NCBI RefSeq assembly: GCF_006345805.1
Contig: NC_043001.1
Location: 25,296,001 to 25,360,000 of the forward strand
Direction: 5' to 3'
Source of the DNA: Octopus sinensis
Lineage: Eukaryota
Length of the DNA: 64,000 nucleotides
The notes beneath the pieces are model-generated. The model saw only the letters and a list, made by a program, of their open reading frames with translations, was not told the origin of the DNA and did no database searches. Of this stretch, positions 35,794 to 48,195 are shown piece by piece; the first letter of the stretch is position 1; each line of letters starts with the position of its first letter. The translations under genes were made by a program, and so were the position numbers.

Positions 35794-36399
35794 TTACATT
35801 TTGTGTTCAAATTCTACTTGGCCAAATATGTTTTTCATTCTTCCAGGATTGATAAAATAAGTATCAGTAAGTTTATTGTCAGCTTGTCTGGAATGTTTGA
35901 TTTAGTTTTCCCATCATTTAACAATTTATTCTGTAATAATGTCCATTAAGAAGTAACATATAGTCGAACACTAGAATCAGTCCATATTTTAATGGCACTT
36001 ATTAGCAACACTCACTTGAACGTAGCCGAGTTTAACAAGTTTTCAAGTAGGCAATAAAATATTGAAATATATGTTATAAACTCTCTTGTTGAATACTCTG
36101 CCATTTGATTAATTTCCATTTGCTCTTTCTGTTTTATTTAAAAGGTAGTTTTCACTCTTGCATACATTGACCAATATCTTTAGTATACCGTCATCTATTT
36201 AACAACTTGCTCTCAGCCTATTTGAGATTAGCTGGCACATGTAACAGATTATAATACTTTATTCATTTCTTTCTTATTTCTGCTGCTGCTTGCATTTCAT
36301 ACATCTAACATGCAGCATATAAGCTGCCTTTTCATATCAAAAGGTAATCCCCTTATTATCATTGCCAAGAGAAACATCTGTTTGTAGGTGTGAGTGAAA

Positions 36400-36810
36400 G
36401 AGTCAGTATAAGGATGGGTGTGTAGTTGATGACCTTTAGCTCTGTAATCATCACCTTGACCGTCATTGGCCTTTCATCCATATCAGTAAATTTAGACTGA
36501 TGAAAAATTTGGCCAGAATTTGAATCTTTAAACCGGCCATATCCAGCCAAAAGTATTCTGCCTGTTTTATGTTCAAACTAGCCAGATCTGGTCTCTCACA
36601 CCAACCCTACAATATCATCTTAAAAATGAACAGCTACCGCATCAAAATCTCATAGCTACAAGATAATGCATGATTAGTTCAAAACAATGTGGATAAAGAA
36701 GCATTAATTTTGGCAGAATAATGTGAACACTAAAGGGTTAAATAAACTGACTTGATATAACAATGATGAAGTGCTAGATTTAATATTTAATGCATAGTTT
36801 GTTCCAAAAT
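36400..36810 (-). pseudogene. Disrupted exon-like segment, copy 1 (DFGTNYALNIKSSTSSLLYQVSLF / FKDSNSGQIFHQSKFTDMDERPMTVKVMITELKVINYTP)
   Basis: Acceptor ttttcttgaattgtacag; frame open on both sides of a MITE insertion; homologous to 39575-39802. Confidence 0.4.
36532..36737 (+). mobile_element. TTAA MITE family 1
   Basis: ttaa at 36528, body matches 5895, ends CTAAAGGG-ttaa. Confidence 0.85.
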
Positions 36811-36835
36811 CTGTACAATTCAAGAAAATTTGGGA

Positions 36836-37741
36836 TTGTGTTGAGTCAAAAGTTTTACAATATTTTGGTACCTTATTTGTTTTATTTATCAAGTTACAAC
36901 AAAAGCAACCTAGGATTCAAAGCAGAGGCCATTGTGTTTCACCATCTGAAGCCACCTTTCTGCCACTTCTTTGATCCCATGCTAGTACCAGTTTTTGTCT
37001 TTCAAGGCAAAGAACACCTTCACTGATGCTTCCACCTCCTCTTGGTTGATGAAACGTCATAAATGCAGGAAGGGATTAGAAGAAGTAATAATCTGAGGGA
37101 GATATTTTTCTGCAAGCCTAACATGCATAAACAGTGGTTAAGTAAGAGCCGGATTCCAAAACCTGTCACCAAACATGGACGTTTCAAACATGTGGTGATG
37201 TTTTGCATCTGGTGGAATTATGAGGGCATAATTCTCCAAGAGTTTATTCTAGGAAGTCAAACCATTGATACCAGCCTGTGCTCTGAACAGCCGGAGCAGA
37301 TATATGTTGGGCATTTTTGCAGCAAAAATATCCAGCATCATTTAATAGAAAGCAAACTCTTCTGCAGCAAAACAATTCAAGACCTCATACCACTCAAACA
37401 ACCTGGAATAGATTCCAGGAACTTGATGGAATTGAACTGACGCTACATCCAGCATATAGTCTGCCTAACTCCCTCAGATTATTACTTGTTCTGATCCATG
37501 GTTCACTTCTTGTGCTCACAATGCTTCTTCAACCAAGTGGAGATGGAAGCTTTGGTGAAGGAGTTCTTCACTTCAGAGGACAAGAACTGGTATCACTATG
37601 GGATCAAAGAATGGGCAGAAAGATGGCTTCAGACGATGCAACATGATGGCCTCATCTTTGAATTCTAGACTGCTTTTGTTGTAACTTGACGCATAAGCAA
37701 ATAAGTTGCCGAAATAGTGCAAAACTTTTGACTCGACACAA
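36836..37741 (+). mobile_element. Internally deleted mariner (DD34D) element
   Basis: TIRs TTGTGTTGAGTCAAAAGTTTTACA / TGCAAAACTTTTGACTCGACACAA-ta; frameshifted transposase HKQWLSK..KHVVMFCIWWNYEGII..QTID and LLQQNNSRPHT..ELDGIEL.LHPAYS. Confidence 0.9.
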
Positions 37742-38127
37742 TACATCTATGGTTGATTTAAAAGCTTATTTTTGAATCATGTTTTGATGTTTTGAATCCT
37801 TTTGTAGTGACTTCAATAATGAAGATTCTTTTAAAAAATGCTTAATTTCAGTTTTTGGAAATATCGATCAATATAAGAACAAAACATGTCTGGGATTGTC
37901 ATTTTCCACTGCATGACCCTATTCAACTTTTACTCAATTTGAACATAAAATTGTCTCCATTACCTTTCTTGACAAGAATTATCATTAATATTTATGTTTT
38001 TGTATTGTTTTTTTTTTCATTATTGTGCAAGTTTGTTTAAAATGGGAGTGAATGATAGCTAGGTTTTCATGAAACTGTATCTTAAACTCCTTAACTATGC
38101 TGCAAAGTCTTAGTTTTTAATTTTTAC

Positions 38128-38228
38128 CAGTATAGTTATAACAGTTCTCACAAGGCATTAACCAACAGTTAGCTTCCTCTGTATTCTCCACATTATCAAA
38201 TGCAGGAGCCTCTAACAAAAATATTGTC
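38128..38228 (-). CDS. Candidate exon (R)TIFLLEAPAFDNVENTEEANCWLMPCENCYNYT
   Basis: Acceptor caattctgtattatcag, donor CTG|gtaaaa, 101 nt, phase 2 to 1, compatible with 57922 upstream and the 36.8-kb acceptor downstream. Confidence 0.3.
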
Positions 38229-39574
38229 CTGATAATACAGAATTGTATTCTTCCAGACTCTTCACTTTCACTTTCTTACTCTTCTTTATCTCCTCAGTGA
38301 ATGAAGTTTTGAAGCATATAATTGTTAAATTTTAAGTTGAGAAGAACTTCAAGATTTAGAGAAGAAAACAATATGTTGTGGATATTAGACATTTTGTTGA
38401 AAATATTTAATAGTGGCAATGTAAAAAAAAAAACATTGTCAGCCAAATTTGAATGCCTAAGCATATTTTTTTTTTAGAATTTAATTTTTACCTCATATAT
38501 GCTTCTTGCCAAAGTTAGAAAGGATTGGGTTCCTTTGTAGAAGACATCAGATACATGTACATTAATCAAATTCCTGGTTTGGTTTCTCTCATCAACAAAA
38601 CAATTTCATTCCTTTTTATCTACGAAACAAGATTTCTTCTAAAATACAAAATATTGTTACAGCCAGCCATAGTTTTGTTTAATCTATTTGCAATTCTTAT
38701 ATAAGGGAGGAAGTAAGGATCTATTACTTTAAATAAAACAGAATCTCATAAACATTGTCCCAGGGGACCTTCTGGAATAACAAGACTGACACTTTTTATA
38801 TGCTGGTTATAGTTTGTCATGAGAAAATATAGTATTGAAGTTGTGAGAATAAATAACAAGGAAACTAAATGGTTCTTTTAACTAGTGAATTTTATACTAC
38901 AGAATTAACCGATAGTCAATTATAATGGGTGACAGTTATAAACTTGAAAATTGAAAAGTTTGAATTCCTTGTTTATTTGTACCAAAACCTGAAATGGAAA
39001 TATGTAAAAAGTTAAGAAAAATCTGAGAGTGAGATCCTACTTTGAGTAGATCCGAAATGCATATAATTATTATTATTATTATTATGATACGTTTTTTGTT
39101 TTTTTTTTATTTTAACATTTCATTTTTGTCATATCTCTCTCATTATTGTATGTATGTTTTCATGGCAACCAGTGGTAGATTCTTAACAAACCAAGTCTTT
39201 GACCTTGTTTCAATTCGCAGCTGGAACTTATTTGTTTATTAATGCCCATAGGAATCTATAAATCTATAAATTTCCTACTTTCTTTCTTTCTTTCTTTTTA
39301 AGTCTCAAGCTTATGTAAAAAAAAAACATGCACACACACACACACACACACACACAATGGTTAGACACATGCAGACAATCTAAATCTAATTTTCTTAATT
39401 TACATTATTATTAATATTATCAAATCAAAATTCATATTTTATGCATAATGATTTTAAACTATTTAAATATTTTTTATGCTAGCATGTATTTGGTTATGCA
39501 AATTTATACATTTACATGAATTAATGAAGTAAGGAATTGTTTTGCAAATGAAGCTATCATCAGCCACTTACAAG

Positions 39575-39860
39575 GAAGTATAGTACTGTGATTAGAACAA
39601 TATGTTAGAGCTGATGACCTTTGGCTCAGTAAGCATCTTTTGGCCATCATACCTTTCAATCAACATCTGCAGCTTTAGACTGATAAAAACTTTGACCGAA
39701 ATCTCTTTGTGTCTTTAAATAGAACAAATTTAAGCAGACTGACTAGTTATAATCATATTGAAGTGCTAGATTTAATACTTCATACAAAGTTTGTTTCAAA
39801 ATCTGTACAATTCAAGAAAAATTTTCTATAAATATGGTTGATTAAAAAAGCTTACTTTTT
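39575..39860 (-). pseudogene. Disrupted exon-like segment, copy 2
   Basis: Aligns with 36400-36835 plus 37742-37780 (gctgatgacctt, tttagactgat, gaagtgctagatttaata, ccaaaatctgtacaattcaagaaaatt, tatggttgatt); same acceptor, CTT|gtaagt donor, stops in all frames. Confidence 0.4.
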
Positions 39861-40799
39861 CACGGAAATTTTTATCAAAGTTTTAGAGTTTAGAAGTACA
39901 AGAGAACATTCATAAATGGGTCAGTAACATTTTTGTTGCAACAATGCAAAATGCTAGAGTTGACAGCAGATGTTTATCATGGGTGGAAATAAGAATGAGC
40001 ATACCCTAGGGATCACTAGTTTTATTTGCAGCCTATCTTATTCATGGTTTATGTAAATGACATGTCATCATTAATTTCAAACATTTGCAATCTTTTTGCT
40101 TTGACTGTAATATATTCTAGACTGAATGACAATGGGAGTATTACAATATTGTGAAAAGATTTGAATAAGCTGAATATTTGACCTGGTTACCAGCAGATTT
40201 CTTAAAGATATTTGGGATTGCTTGAATGTACATTTTCCCCAAATTTTATCAACAGAACCATATTTTAGGAGCAGTTTACAAAGTAAAATAAAGTTTGCTT
40301 TCAGAATACCAGAGATTGTGCACCTGCACATAAGATAACAGGAAATGTCAACCTCAAAAGATAATTTGGAATTCTGCCTAGAGGTCGCTAATATAAATTA
40401 TTTTAAAAAGATAACCGGGTGGCCTGACTGTAGGCCTTGAACTGAATCAAAATAAACTGGCAGTATCAGTCAAAGATACCCTACAGATTCAAGAAGAGAT
40501 TTCAGGAATATTTGAAGTGCATGTAATTCAAAATACCTTTCTAATACACAGAAAAAGCATGCTACAAAATGTCGGCATTTTCTAGGTATACCTGTTAGTT
40601 GTAAAATTTTAAGATATGTACTTAGTTACTTTGTCTTGTATATGTTTCCACTTCTTTAGGGTTAATAGGTATTTTAACAAACTAGCTCTTGTGAGGTCTA
40701 CATTGGAGGAGTGCTCACATATCTGAGTTTGTGCTGCTTTTATATACACATGTTTATCACTACATCCAAAATATAGGCCCTGATGTTGATGCTTCAACA

Positions 40800-40817
40800 C
40801 CAACTCACTGACTTGCT

Positions 40818-40858
<41 letters not shown>

Positions 40859-40910
40859 ATATATATATATATAATATATATATATATTATATATATATAT
40901 ATAATATATT
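40800..40910. repeat. (CT)n/(TA)n compound microsatellite
   Basis: Direct reading. Confidence 0.9.
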
Positions 40911-40919
40911 AATAAATAA

Positions 40920-41375
40920 AATAAAACATATGCATATATATAAACATATATGTACGTACCTACCTCTACATGTACATATACACGCATATATGAGTACAGG
41001 ACACCAAAAGGACGTCGAACACAATGAGAAATGAAAACATAGACACAAACCAAAGGAACTGGACATTTATTTAAAAACAGCAAAAAAATAGAGTACAGGA
41101 CAATTAACACAAAGAAAAAACCCCTTCTTCAGTCGCTAAAGGTTTCATCTACTCTACGTTTCGAAGGATAAAAGCGAGACGTATCTTCGACAAGAAAACT
41201 TTCCTTCCTGCAAAAAGCAAATCAATTAAAATTCTGAGATCTTTTCGCAGAGGGGTAAAAAATGGTAACAACAGGACAGTAACGACAGTACAAATTGTAA
41301 ACAGTAAAAGACAGGACAAGGAAAAACAAGATAAGAAGGGCTGTTGACGCCGAACGAAAAAAAGTATTGCAAACG
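40920..41375 (-). mobile_element. Repeat inserted between (TA)n tracts, with Penelope-like motifs
   Basis: Non-coding block flanked by (TA)n; contains cccttcttcag and acgtttcg, motifs typical of PLE pLTRs. Confidence 0.5.
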
Positions 41376-42184
41376 ATATATATATATATATATATATCTT
41401 TCTTTCTATCCATCTATCTTTATATCTATCTATCTTTCTTTCTATCCATCGTTCTTTCTATCAGTCTCTCTATCTCTATCTTTCTACTTATCTATCTCTT
41501 TATCTATCTGCCACTTCTGCTTCAATGGCTCCTGCTTTTCTGAAGTAGTTGCATGCCACTTCTAATTAGACCCACCTGATACACCTGTGTTTCTTCTCAA
41601 CACTCCTACTATATATTGCCTTCTGGGATCCTGTGCTAAACACCAGCTTTTTAGAATTCCCTCCATATCCTTTTTTATCCTCTGAAGATATTAGAGTACA
41701 GACATTCAACTTCTACATCAACTACATAAAACTCTCCAATGAGAGTGGGCTGTAAAGGTCATATTCACTGCTCTTCCTTTGACTGATTTATAAAAAATAT
41801 TACATTCAATTTTAAAATGTTACATTTATAGTTCTTTAGTTTAAATCCCGTTGAAAACACCCCTCAAATGTCAGTAATATAAAATTAATAGCTGCCACAC
41901 CTAATGACAACCTTTGGCTGTCTGCTTGTAGCCAACTTTATTGAGCATATAAGAATACAGTTTTACTCACATCATCATATATAATTTATTTATTTGAATT
42001 ATCTATGTCTTAATTATCATTTGATCAATGATAATAAATGAATTAGTATTAGTACTTGTTTTTTATTGGTCTTGTTTAGATATTGGTCAACAGAAACTAA
42101 GATTTTATGATATATGAAGAGGAAATTCTTCACATTTGAAATATATAATATATTGGATGATTTTGGTTAATGGATATATAGTAT

Positions 42185-42372
42185 GCTGGACAAAATGCTC
42201 AGTGGCATTTCACTCATCTTTACATTCTGAGTTCAAATTCCTCTGAAGCTGACTTTGCCTTTCATCCCTTCAGGGTCGGTAAAACCAGTACCAGTTGTGG
42301 ACTGGGGTCAATGAAATTGACTAGCTCCCTCCCTCAAAATTTCAGGTCTTGTACCAATAGTAGAAAGAATTA
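42185..42372 (+). mobile_element. SINE B2
   Basis: gctggacaaaatgctcagtggcatttc..ttctgagttcaaattcc...gcctttcatcccttcagggtcggtaaa...ggtcttgtaccaatagtagaaagaattat. Confidence 0.85.
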
Positions 42373-42779
42373 TGTTTACATTTTTTTTTACTTATTGTAT
42401 GAATGGGCCCTTGGTGATAAAGAAATTAGTGTTATTTATTATTATATTTTCAACAGTTTTATGCAAGTTTCTGCTGCAACACGAGATGCACATCTATGTT
42501 CCTTAGGTGTATATCTTCTGTTGTACAGAGTATGTGCCATGCGAAGTGTGTTATTTTCTTTAGATGGTGACTGTATTTTGTAAGTGTTGTATGATAAGTG
42601 TTATGTGTTGCACTGTCAGCCAATGTTTGTGTAGTGTGTAGTTTCTGTAACATTAATGCATGGCAGCTGTGCAGAATGTAAGCTGCATGAGTTGTTGGAG
42701 TTATAGTGTCATGTATCAGTTATGTAAGGGTGTGAATTGTTACATTGTATTGGTTGGTTGTTATATAGAGTATGAGTTG

Positions 42780-43480
42780 TGCTACTGAATTTAAAGTGAC
42801 TTGTGTATGATGTGCCTAAAAGAGCTATTTTGGGATTCTGTGTAACATTGTGAACTTCTGTATGGGTGGTACTGTTTTGGCCTTCATGTCCCTTATGCTA
42901 CTTATCTCAGTTTCAAGTACCTTGCATTTTGATAGTCTCTCACTTCTTTTTGAGCAATGTTTTAGTCATAAAGTACCATGGAGGTGTTTATGAGCGAAAC
43001 ACCTAAGCCCCACGCGGGTCCAGCAGAAGGTAATGGCGAAACTTCTGCTGACTCTTTCGCCACAACTTTCTCTCACACTTTCCTCCTGCATCTTGCAGCT
43101 CACCTGCGACGGACTGGCGTCCCGTCCAGGTGGGGAACCTATACGCAAGAAACCGGGAAACCAGCCCTTATGAGCCAGGCATGGCTCAAGAAGGAACAAA
43201 CAAAAGCATAAGGTACCACAGTGTATACCAACACGCAGGTATTTTCCTTCCAATCCTTGATCATTATATCTGGATAGTTTACCTTGATTTCATTCTTAAC
43301 TTGGATAAAGATGTCACAGTTGCTTGTGGCCAAGTCATTGTAATGTATGTTTGGTGCATGTTTATACTACTTCTTGTCTACTTTCATCTCAAAATGTTAC
43401 TCTAATAGCCATAGCTGCCAACCTGTCTGTGTATTACTTGGACATAGCAAGGACTGGGCAGTCAGAAACGATTGTGGTCA
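42780..43480 (-). mobile_element. Second Dong/R4 LINE 3' fragment, split by a SINE
   Basis: Minus strand gives DIFIQVKNEIKVNYPDIMIKDWKENTCVLVYTVVP (RLE PD motif), then LETEISSIRDMKAKTVP and PKIALLGTS after the insertion. Confidence 0.75.
42979..43206 (+). mobile_element. SINE D-prime (family D core, promoter deleted, different tail)
   Basis: Starts tggaggtg, shares the actctttcgccacaactttctctcac core, tail cctgcgacggactggcgtcccgtccagg...aaggaacaaacaaa; TSD cataaagtacca/cataaggtacca. Confidence 0.8.
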
Positions 43481-43577
43481 ACTTGTTTCATTGTACTAAT
43501 TGCATAATCTGCATTTGTTGTTAACACCCTCTTTTCTCTATTTCATTTTTGTAGTAGTTTATGGCACAGAATTGGTT

Positions 43578-43795
43578 CTGGCAGAAACGTTAGCTCACCG
43601 GACGAAATGCTTAGCAGTATTTCATCTGCTATTACGTTCTGAGTTCAAATTCCGCTGAGGCCGACTTTGACTTTCATCCTTTCAGGGTCGATAAATTAAG
43701 TACCAGTTACATGTTGGGGTCGATGTAATCAACTTAATCCTTTTGTCTTTGTTTGTCCCCTCTATGTTTAGCCCCTTGTGGGCAATAAAGAAATA
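43578..43795 (+). mobile_element. Young SINE B1 with 10-bp TSD
   Basis: agaattggtt at 43568 and 43796. Confidence 0.92.
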
Positions 43796-44099
43796 AGAAT
43801 TGGTTTTGTAACATGAGAATCACACCTATTTCTGCCTGTAACCCTGAGCTTTTGAGCCTATGTTGGTTTTCACTCTGGCTAACTTCCTTTCTGTTGAGCC
43901 TTACAGGATAATGGCCATGGAGTGTTTTTTCCCTACATTTTGTTCATCTCTATATTTTAGACTTCATTATTGATTTCACCTTTGTTTTTATTTTTGCTTT
44001 ATTTGAAAATTTTGCAGTTGTTTTGTCTGTATCTCTTATTTGACTACAGTTAGTTCCAATTTACTTACATAGAGAGGAAAATTTTTGTTACTAGGACTG

Positions 44100-44185
44100 T
44101 TGAATGGCAGAATTACTAGAGAGCCAGATAAAATGCTCTGCAGTATTTGTTCTGACTTTTTACATTCTGAGTTCAAATCCTGGAA
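44100..44185 (+). mobile_element. SINE B head fragment
   Basis: ggcagaattactagagagccagataaaatgctc...ttctgagttcaaatcc. Confidence 0.65.
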
Positions 44186-44206
44186 GCATGAAATGCAAAA
44201 CTGACT

Positions 44207-44560
44207 TGTTTCAGTCATTAGACTGCAGCCATGCTAGGGCACTACCTTGCAGAATTTTTTAATTAAATTATATAACCCCCAGTACTTATTATATTGGCCT
44301 CTTTTTGCTGAACTACTAAGCTATGGGGGTGTAAACACATCAACACCTGTTGTCAAGTAGTGGTGGGGGACAAACATGGACACACATATATATACATGAT
44401 GGGCTTTTTTCAGTTTCAGTCTGCCAGATCCACTCTCAAGGCTTTGGTCGATCTGAGGCTATAGTTGAAGATACTTGCCCAAAGTGCCACTTAGTGGGAC
44501 TGAATCTGGAAGCCTGTGGTTGGGAAGCGAGTCTCTTACCACACAGCAATGCCTGCACCT
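44207..44560 (-). mobile_element. SINE family A
   Basis: cttgtttcagtcatt...cagccatgctagggcac...cttaccacacagcaatgcctg. Confidence 0.85.
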
Positions 44561-45789
44561 AAATCAAAAAAATAAATTAAGCACAAGTCAAGCAAGATAT
44601 GTTACATCTTGTATTTGGCTTAATTTATTCTTCTACCAAATTAACACAAAAAGGAGGCCCTGAACAACTGGTTGATGATTACATGAGATAAAGTAAAAAG
44701 CAGTATGAACAGTTGGGTGATAAGATCACCCAACTGAAGCTGGAGCCTTTTTGTTTTCTTAAATTAGCTAAATGTTGTGCCACCAAGGAGCAAGTTAAGT
44801 GATTCTTCAGCAAAATCTTTAATGTCAATTACTTAAGCTATCTGCCTGCTTTATCCATACATGTGATATTAAGATTTTACTGACCTAGGAGAAATCTTAG
44901 CATCATAAGAGGAACTTGTGCAGCTGTATGTATATACTGCCGTATCTGTTAAAAAAAAAAGCTGCTTTATAATTAGAGGTTATGTTGCCACTTGTGTCTG
45001 AAGAGGGTACTTAATGTTAAAGCATAACCAGGAAGGTGGGTGAAAAGAAATTATAGTGATGTCAGTGTTAGAGGTGGGGTTCATGCCAGTGGTATGGCAG
45101 CAGACCTTTTCTATGAGAATGACCACTTAATGTTTTCAGCTAGCTATTGTCTTACTAAATACTCTTGATTTACTTTCCCACTTATTCATAATTGTTTTCA
45201 TTCTACATATTAAAGCCAATCGCTTAGATTCTTAAAATTCTTTTATACCATTGAAATCCTCCTGCAAAATGTCTTTCCCAACTGCTATAAGTGAAATTAA
45301 TTTGTTTATACTCAGTCATGTCTCAGCCTTTTGTGTGTGCCAGTTACCTTTTTTAGCTTAAATCAATTATCAGATTGTCTTCAGCTAATTCTTTTGTTGT
45401 TTTGATTGTGACAGAAATAATTACCAGTATTATATTGAAGTTCAACAAATATCCACTTGGTTTTTAGAACAACTAGCCTCTGGATAATTTCCTTTTGACA
45501 ATTGCTCCCTGAACAATTTCCCCAATTAAGAGAAAATTAAAAAGCACAATTAAGAGAGTGCGGCTAAATTCTACTAGTTCTGATGATTTTATTTTTATCT
45601 TTTATGTAAAAAAATTATCCAATAATATTTTATATTCATATATCACTATCATTATACCATTAAAATTGCAAATTGTGAACTGTATTCAAATACAATAATT
45701 AATAATTACATTCAGTGAAACTGCCGAAAGAAATGAAGCTAGTGTGCTCCACTGGATGTGTAATATTAGTGTGCATACATGACAGTGTC

Positions 45790-46410
45790 AGCACCCTGAG
45801 AGAAAAGTTGAACATAAGAAGCAACAGATGTGGTGTGCAAGAAAGATGACTGTACTGGTATGGTCATGTGTTGCGTATGAATGAGGATAGCTGTGTGGAG
45901 AAGTGTCATACCCTAACAGTGGAGGGAACTTGTGAAAGAGGTAGACCCAGGAAGACATGGGATGAAGTGGTGAAGCATGACCTTTGAACGTTGGGCCCCA
46001 CAGAGACAACGGCAAGCAACTGAGACCTTTTGGAGATATGCTGTGCTTGAGAAGACCTAGCAAGCCAAGTGAGATCGTAGCCATGGCTGATGCCAGTGTC
46101 ACATAACTGGTTCATTTATAAGTACTCCTTCAATTGTTGAGCAATATGCTGTACTTGAGAAGACCTGTTGAGCCAAGTGAAATCATAGTTGTAGCCAATG
46201 CTAGTGCTGCTTGACTGGCTCCCATGCCAATGGCATGTAAAAAGTACCCACTATACTCTCGGAGTGGTTGGCGTTAGGAAGGGCATCCAGCTGTAGAAAC
46301 CTTGCCTGATCAGATTGGAGCCTGGTGCAGCCTCCTGGTTTGCCAGTCCTCAATCAAACCATCAGACCCATGCCAGCATGGAAAGCAGATGTTAAACGAT
46401 GATGATGATG
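45790..46410 (+). mobile_element. RTE LINE 3' end: ORF C-terminus, 3' UTR and (GAT)n tail
   Basis: IRSNRCGVQER.LHWYGHVLRMNEDSCVEKCHTLTVEGTCERGRPRKTWDEVVKHDL..LWRYAVLEKT, followed by the family C sequence and gatgatgatga. Confidence 0.9.
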
Positions 46411-46559
46411 ACGAGCAGTTATCCAGAAAGCAGGATGTTGCCCTATGGAAGTGTTATTGTCCAAGAAATTTATCAGTAAGGAGAGGAAGCAGCTGTCTTG
46501 ATACTTACACAATTATCCTAATGAATAAGACTAACTGCTGTTTGTGAAGCCCAATGCTC

Positions 46560-46872
46560 AAATGCTGCTTTTTACATGCCACCAGAGGCAGTGACAAGCA
46601 ACCAAAACCTTTGGTGATATGCTGTGCTTGAGAAGACCTATCAAGCCAAATGAAATTATAGTTGTGGCTGATGCCGGTGTCACATCAGTGGCACATAAAA
46701 AGCACCCACTACACTCTTGGAGGGGTTGATGTTAGGAAGAGCATCCAACCATAGAAACCTTGCCAAATCACATTGAAACCTGATGCAGCTCCTTGGCTTA
46801 CCAGTTTTCAGTCAAACCATCCAACCCATGCCAGAATGGAAAGCAGACATTAAATGATGATGATGATGATTT
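46560..46872 (+). mobile_element. Second RTE 3' end / family C copy
   Basis: ctttggtgatatgctgtgcttgagaagacc...aaaagcacccactacactc...gttaggaagagcatcc...aaatgatgatgatgatgat. Confidence 0.85.
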
Positions 46873-47793
46873 GATCTTAATTACAATTTAAATGGTAGTT
46901 AGTAATGTGTAAAACAAAACGTGTGTGTTTCATCAACTTCCCCCATTTTCACATTGCAGCAAGAGTTTCATCATAAAGATGCCTAACATTTTCCTCTATA
47001 AAATGGTGTAAACATTGAAGAACCAAGATTTAATTTTGACAGCAGACACCCAACAATCACTATATTAAAAATATATTAAATTTATCGGTATTTTCATATT
47101 TTTTTGATAAAATGCACACTTAAATACTTTACTATTGTAAAGAACCTAGTATCTTCAAACACATTTTACTTTTCTATTCGTGCATCCATCTATTTGGCTT
47201 GATTTCTTGTCAATATTACAAAAGACTCTTCGACTAACCACATAGTACAACCTTCTATGATAGTAATGAAATTCTCTCTTTGCATAGCTTCTCAAATATT
47301 TCAGTCATAACTTTCTCTTTAAACTTCCTCTCCTCAACATAGAATATTTCAAAATGCAGTGTCTACTCAAATTAATAATTATAATAAAAGCTATTCATCT
47401 GATAAGAGATCCTTTCACTTACAATTAGTAAACAGAATGAAATCATTTTCTGCGTTTCACATCTTATATTCCCAACATTTTTTTCCTACACTTCAAGGAC
47501 AGCGAGGTCAGAAAACATTTCATGTCATACGTCAGTCAGAATTCACAGTCTGGTGAGCACTGAGAAAACTAAGAGTAGAAGAATGGCTTGTGAAGGTGAT
47601 TCAAGCTATGCACAGGAGTGATGTTAGCCAAGTTGGCAGTGATTTCAGTAAAGAATTATTGTACAATAAGAGGAATGAGTTCAGAGCCTTCACTCCTCTA
47701 GCATTCACTCTAGTTTTCATTAGGCCCAGGAGTTCAGGTGTGGTCGTCTTTAAGAACATTTATACACAGACAAATTTTACTGCATAAGTATAT

Positions 47794-48023
47794 ATTTCTT
47801 TACTACCCACAAGGGGCTAAACACAGAGAGGACAAACAAGGACAGACAAAGGGATTAAGTCGATTACATCGACCCCAGTGCGCAACTGGTACTTAATTTA
47901 TTGACCCCGAAAGGATGAAAGGCAAAGTCGACCTCGGCGTAATTTGAACTCAGAACGTAACGGCAGACGAGATACGGCCACGCATTTCACCCGGCGTGCT
48001 AACGTTTCTGCCAGCTCGCCGCC
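47794..48023 (-). mobile_element. Young SINE B1 with 17-bp TSD
   Basis: ttactgcataagtatat at 47777 and 48024; inserted at the start of an old A-type head. Confidence 0.93.
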
Positions 48024-48029
48024 TTACTG

Positions 48030-48195
48030 CATAAGTATATGGCTGTGTAATAAAGAAGCTTGCTTTGCAACCTAGTGATCCCAGAATTGGTCCTACTGCG
48101 TGACACCTTTCGCAAATATCTTCTGTCATAGCCTCAGGTTGACCAAATTTTTGTGAGTTATATTTGGTAGAGGTAAACTGTGTGGAAGCCTATGA
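48030..48195 (+). mobile_element. Old SINE A/G head
   Basis: atggctgtgtaataaagaagcttgctttgcaacc...tagcctcaggttgaccaa...tttggtagaggtaaactgtgtggaagcc. Confidence 0.7.

Noticed and set aside
35847-35866. Apparent 20-nt plus microexon (ttccag|...|gtaagt)
   Set aside because: The sequence is a decayed SINE B core (tttcatcctt..gggtcgataaaataagtaccagt).
36497-36525. CTGATGA followed by a short hairpin
   Set aside because: Ends in GAAT rather than GAAA, with no stem I or III; lies in the duplicated exon-like unit.
41110-41170. Functional type-II hammerhead
   Set aside because: No stem I can form between the GUA site and CUGAAGA; kept only as a low-level finding.
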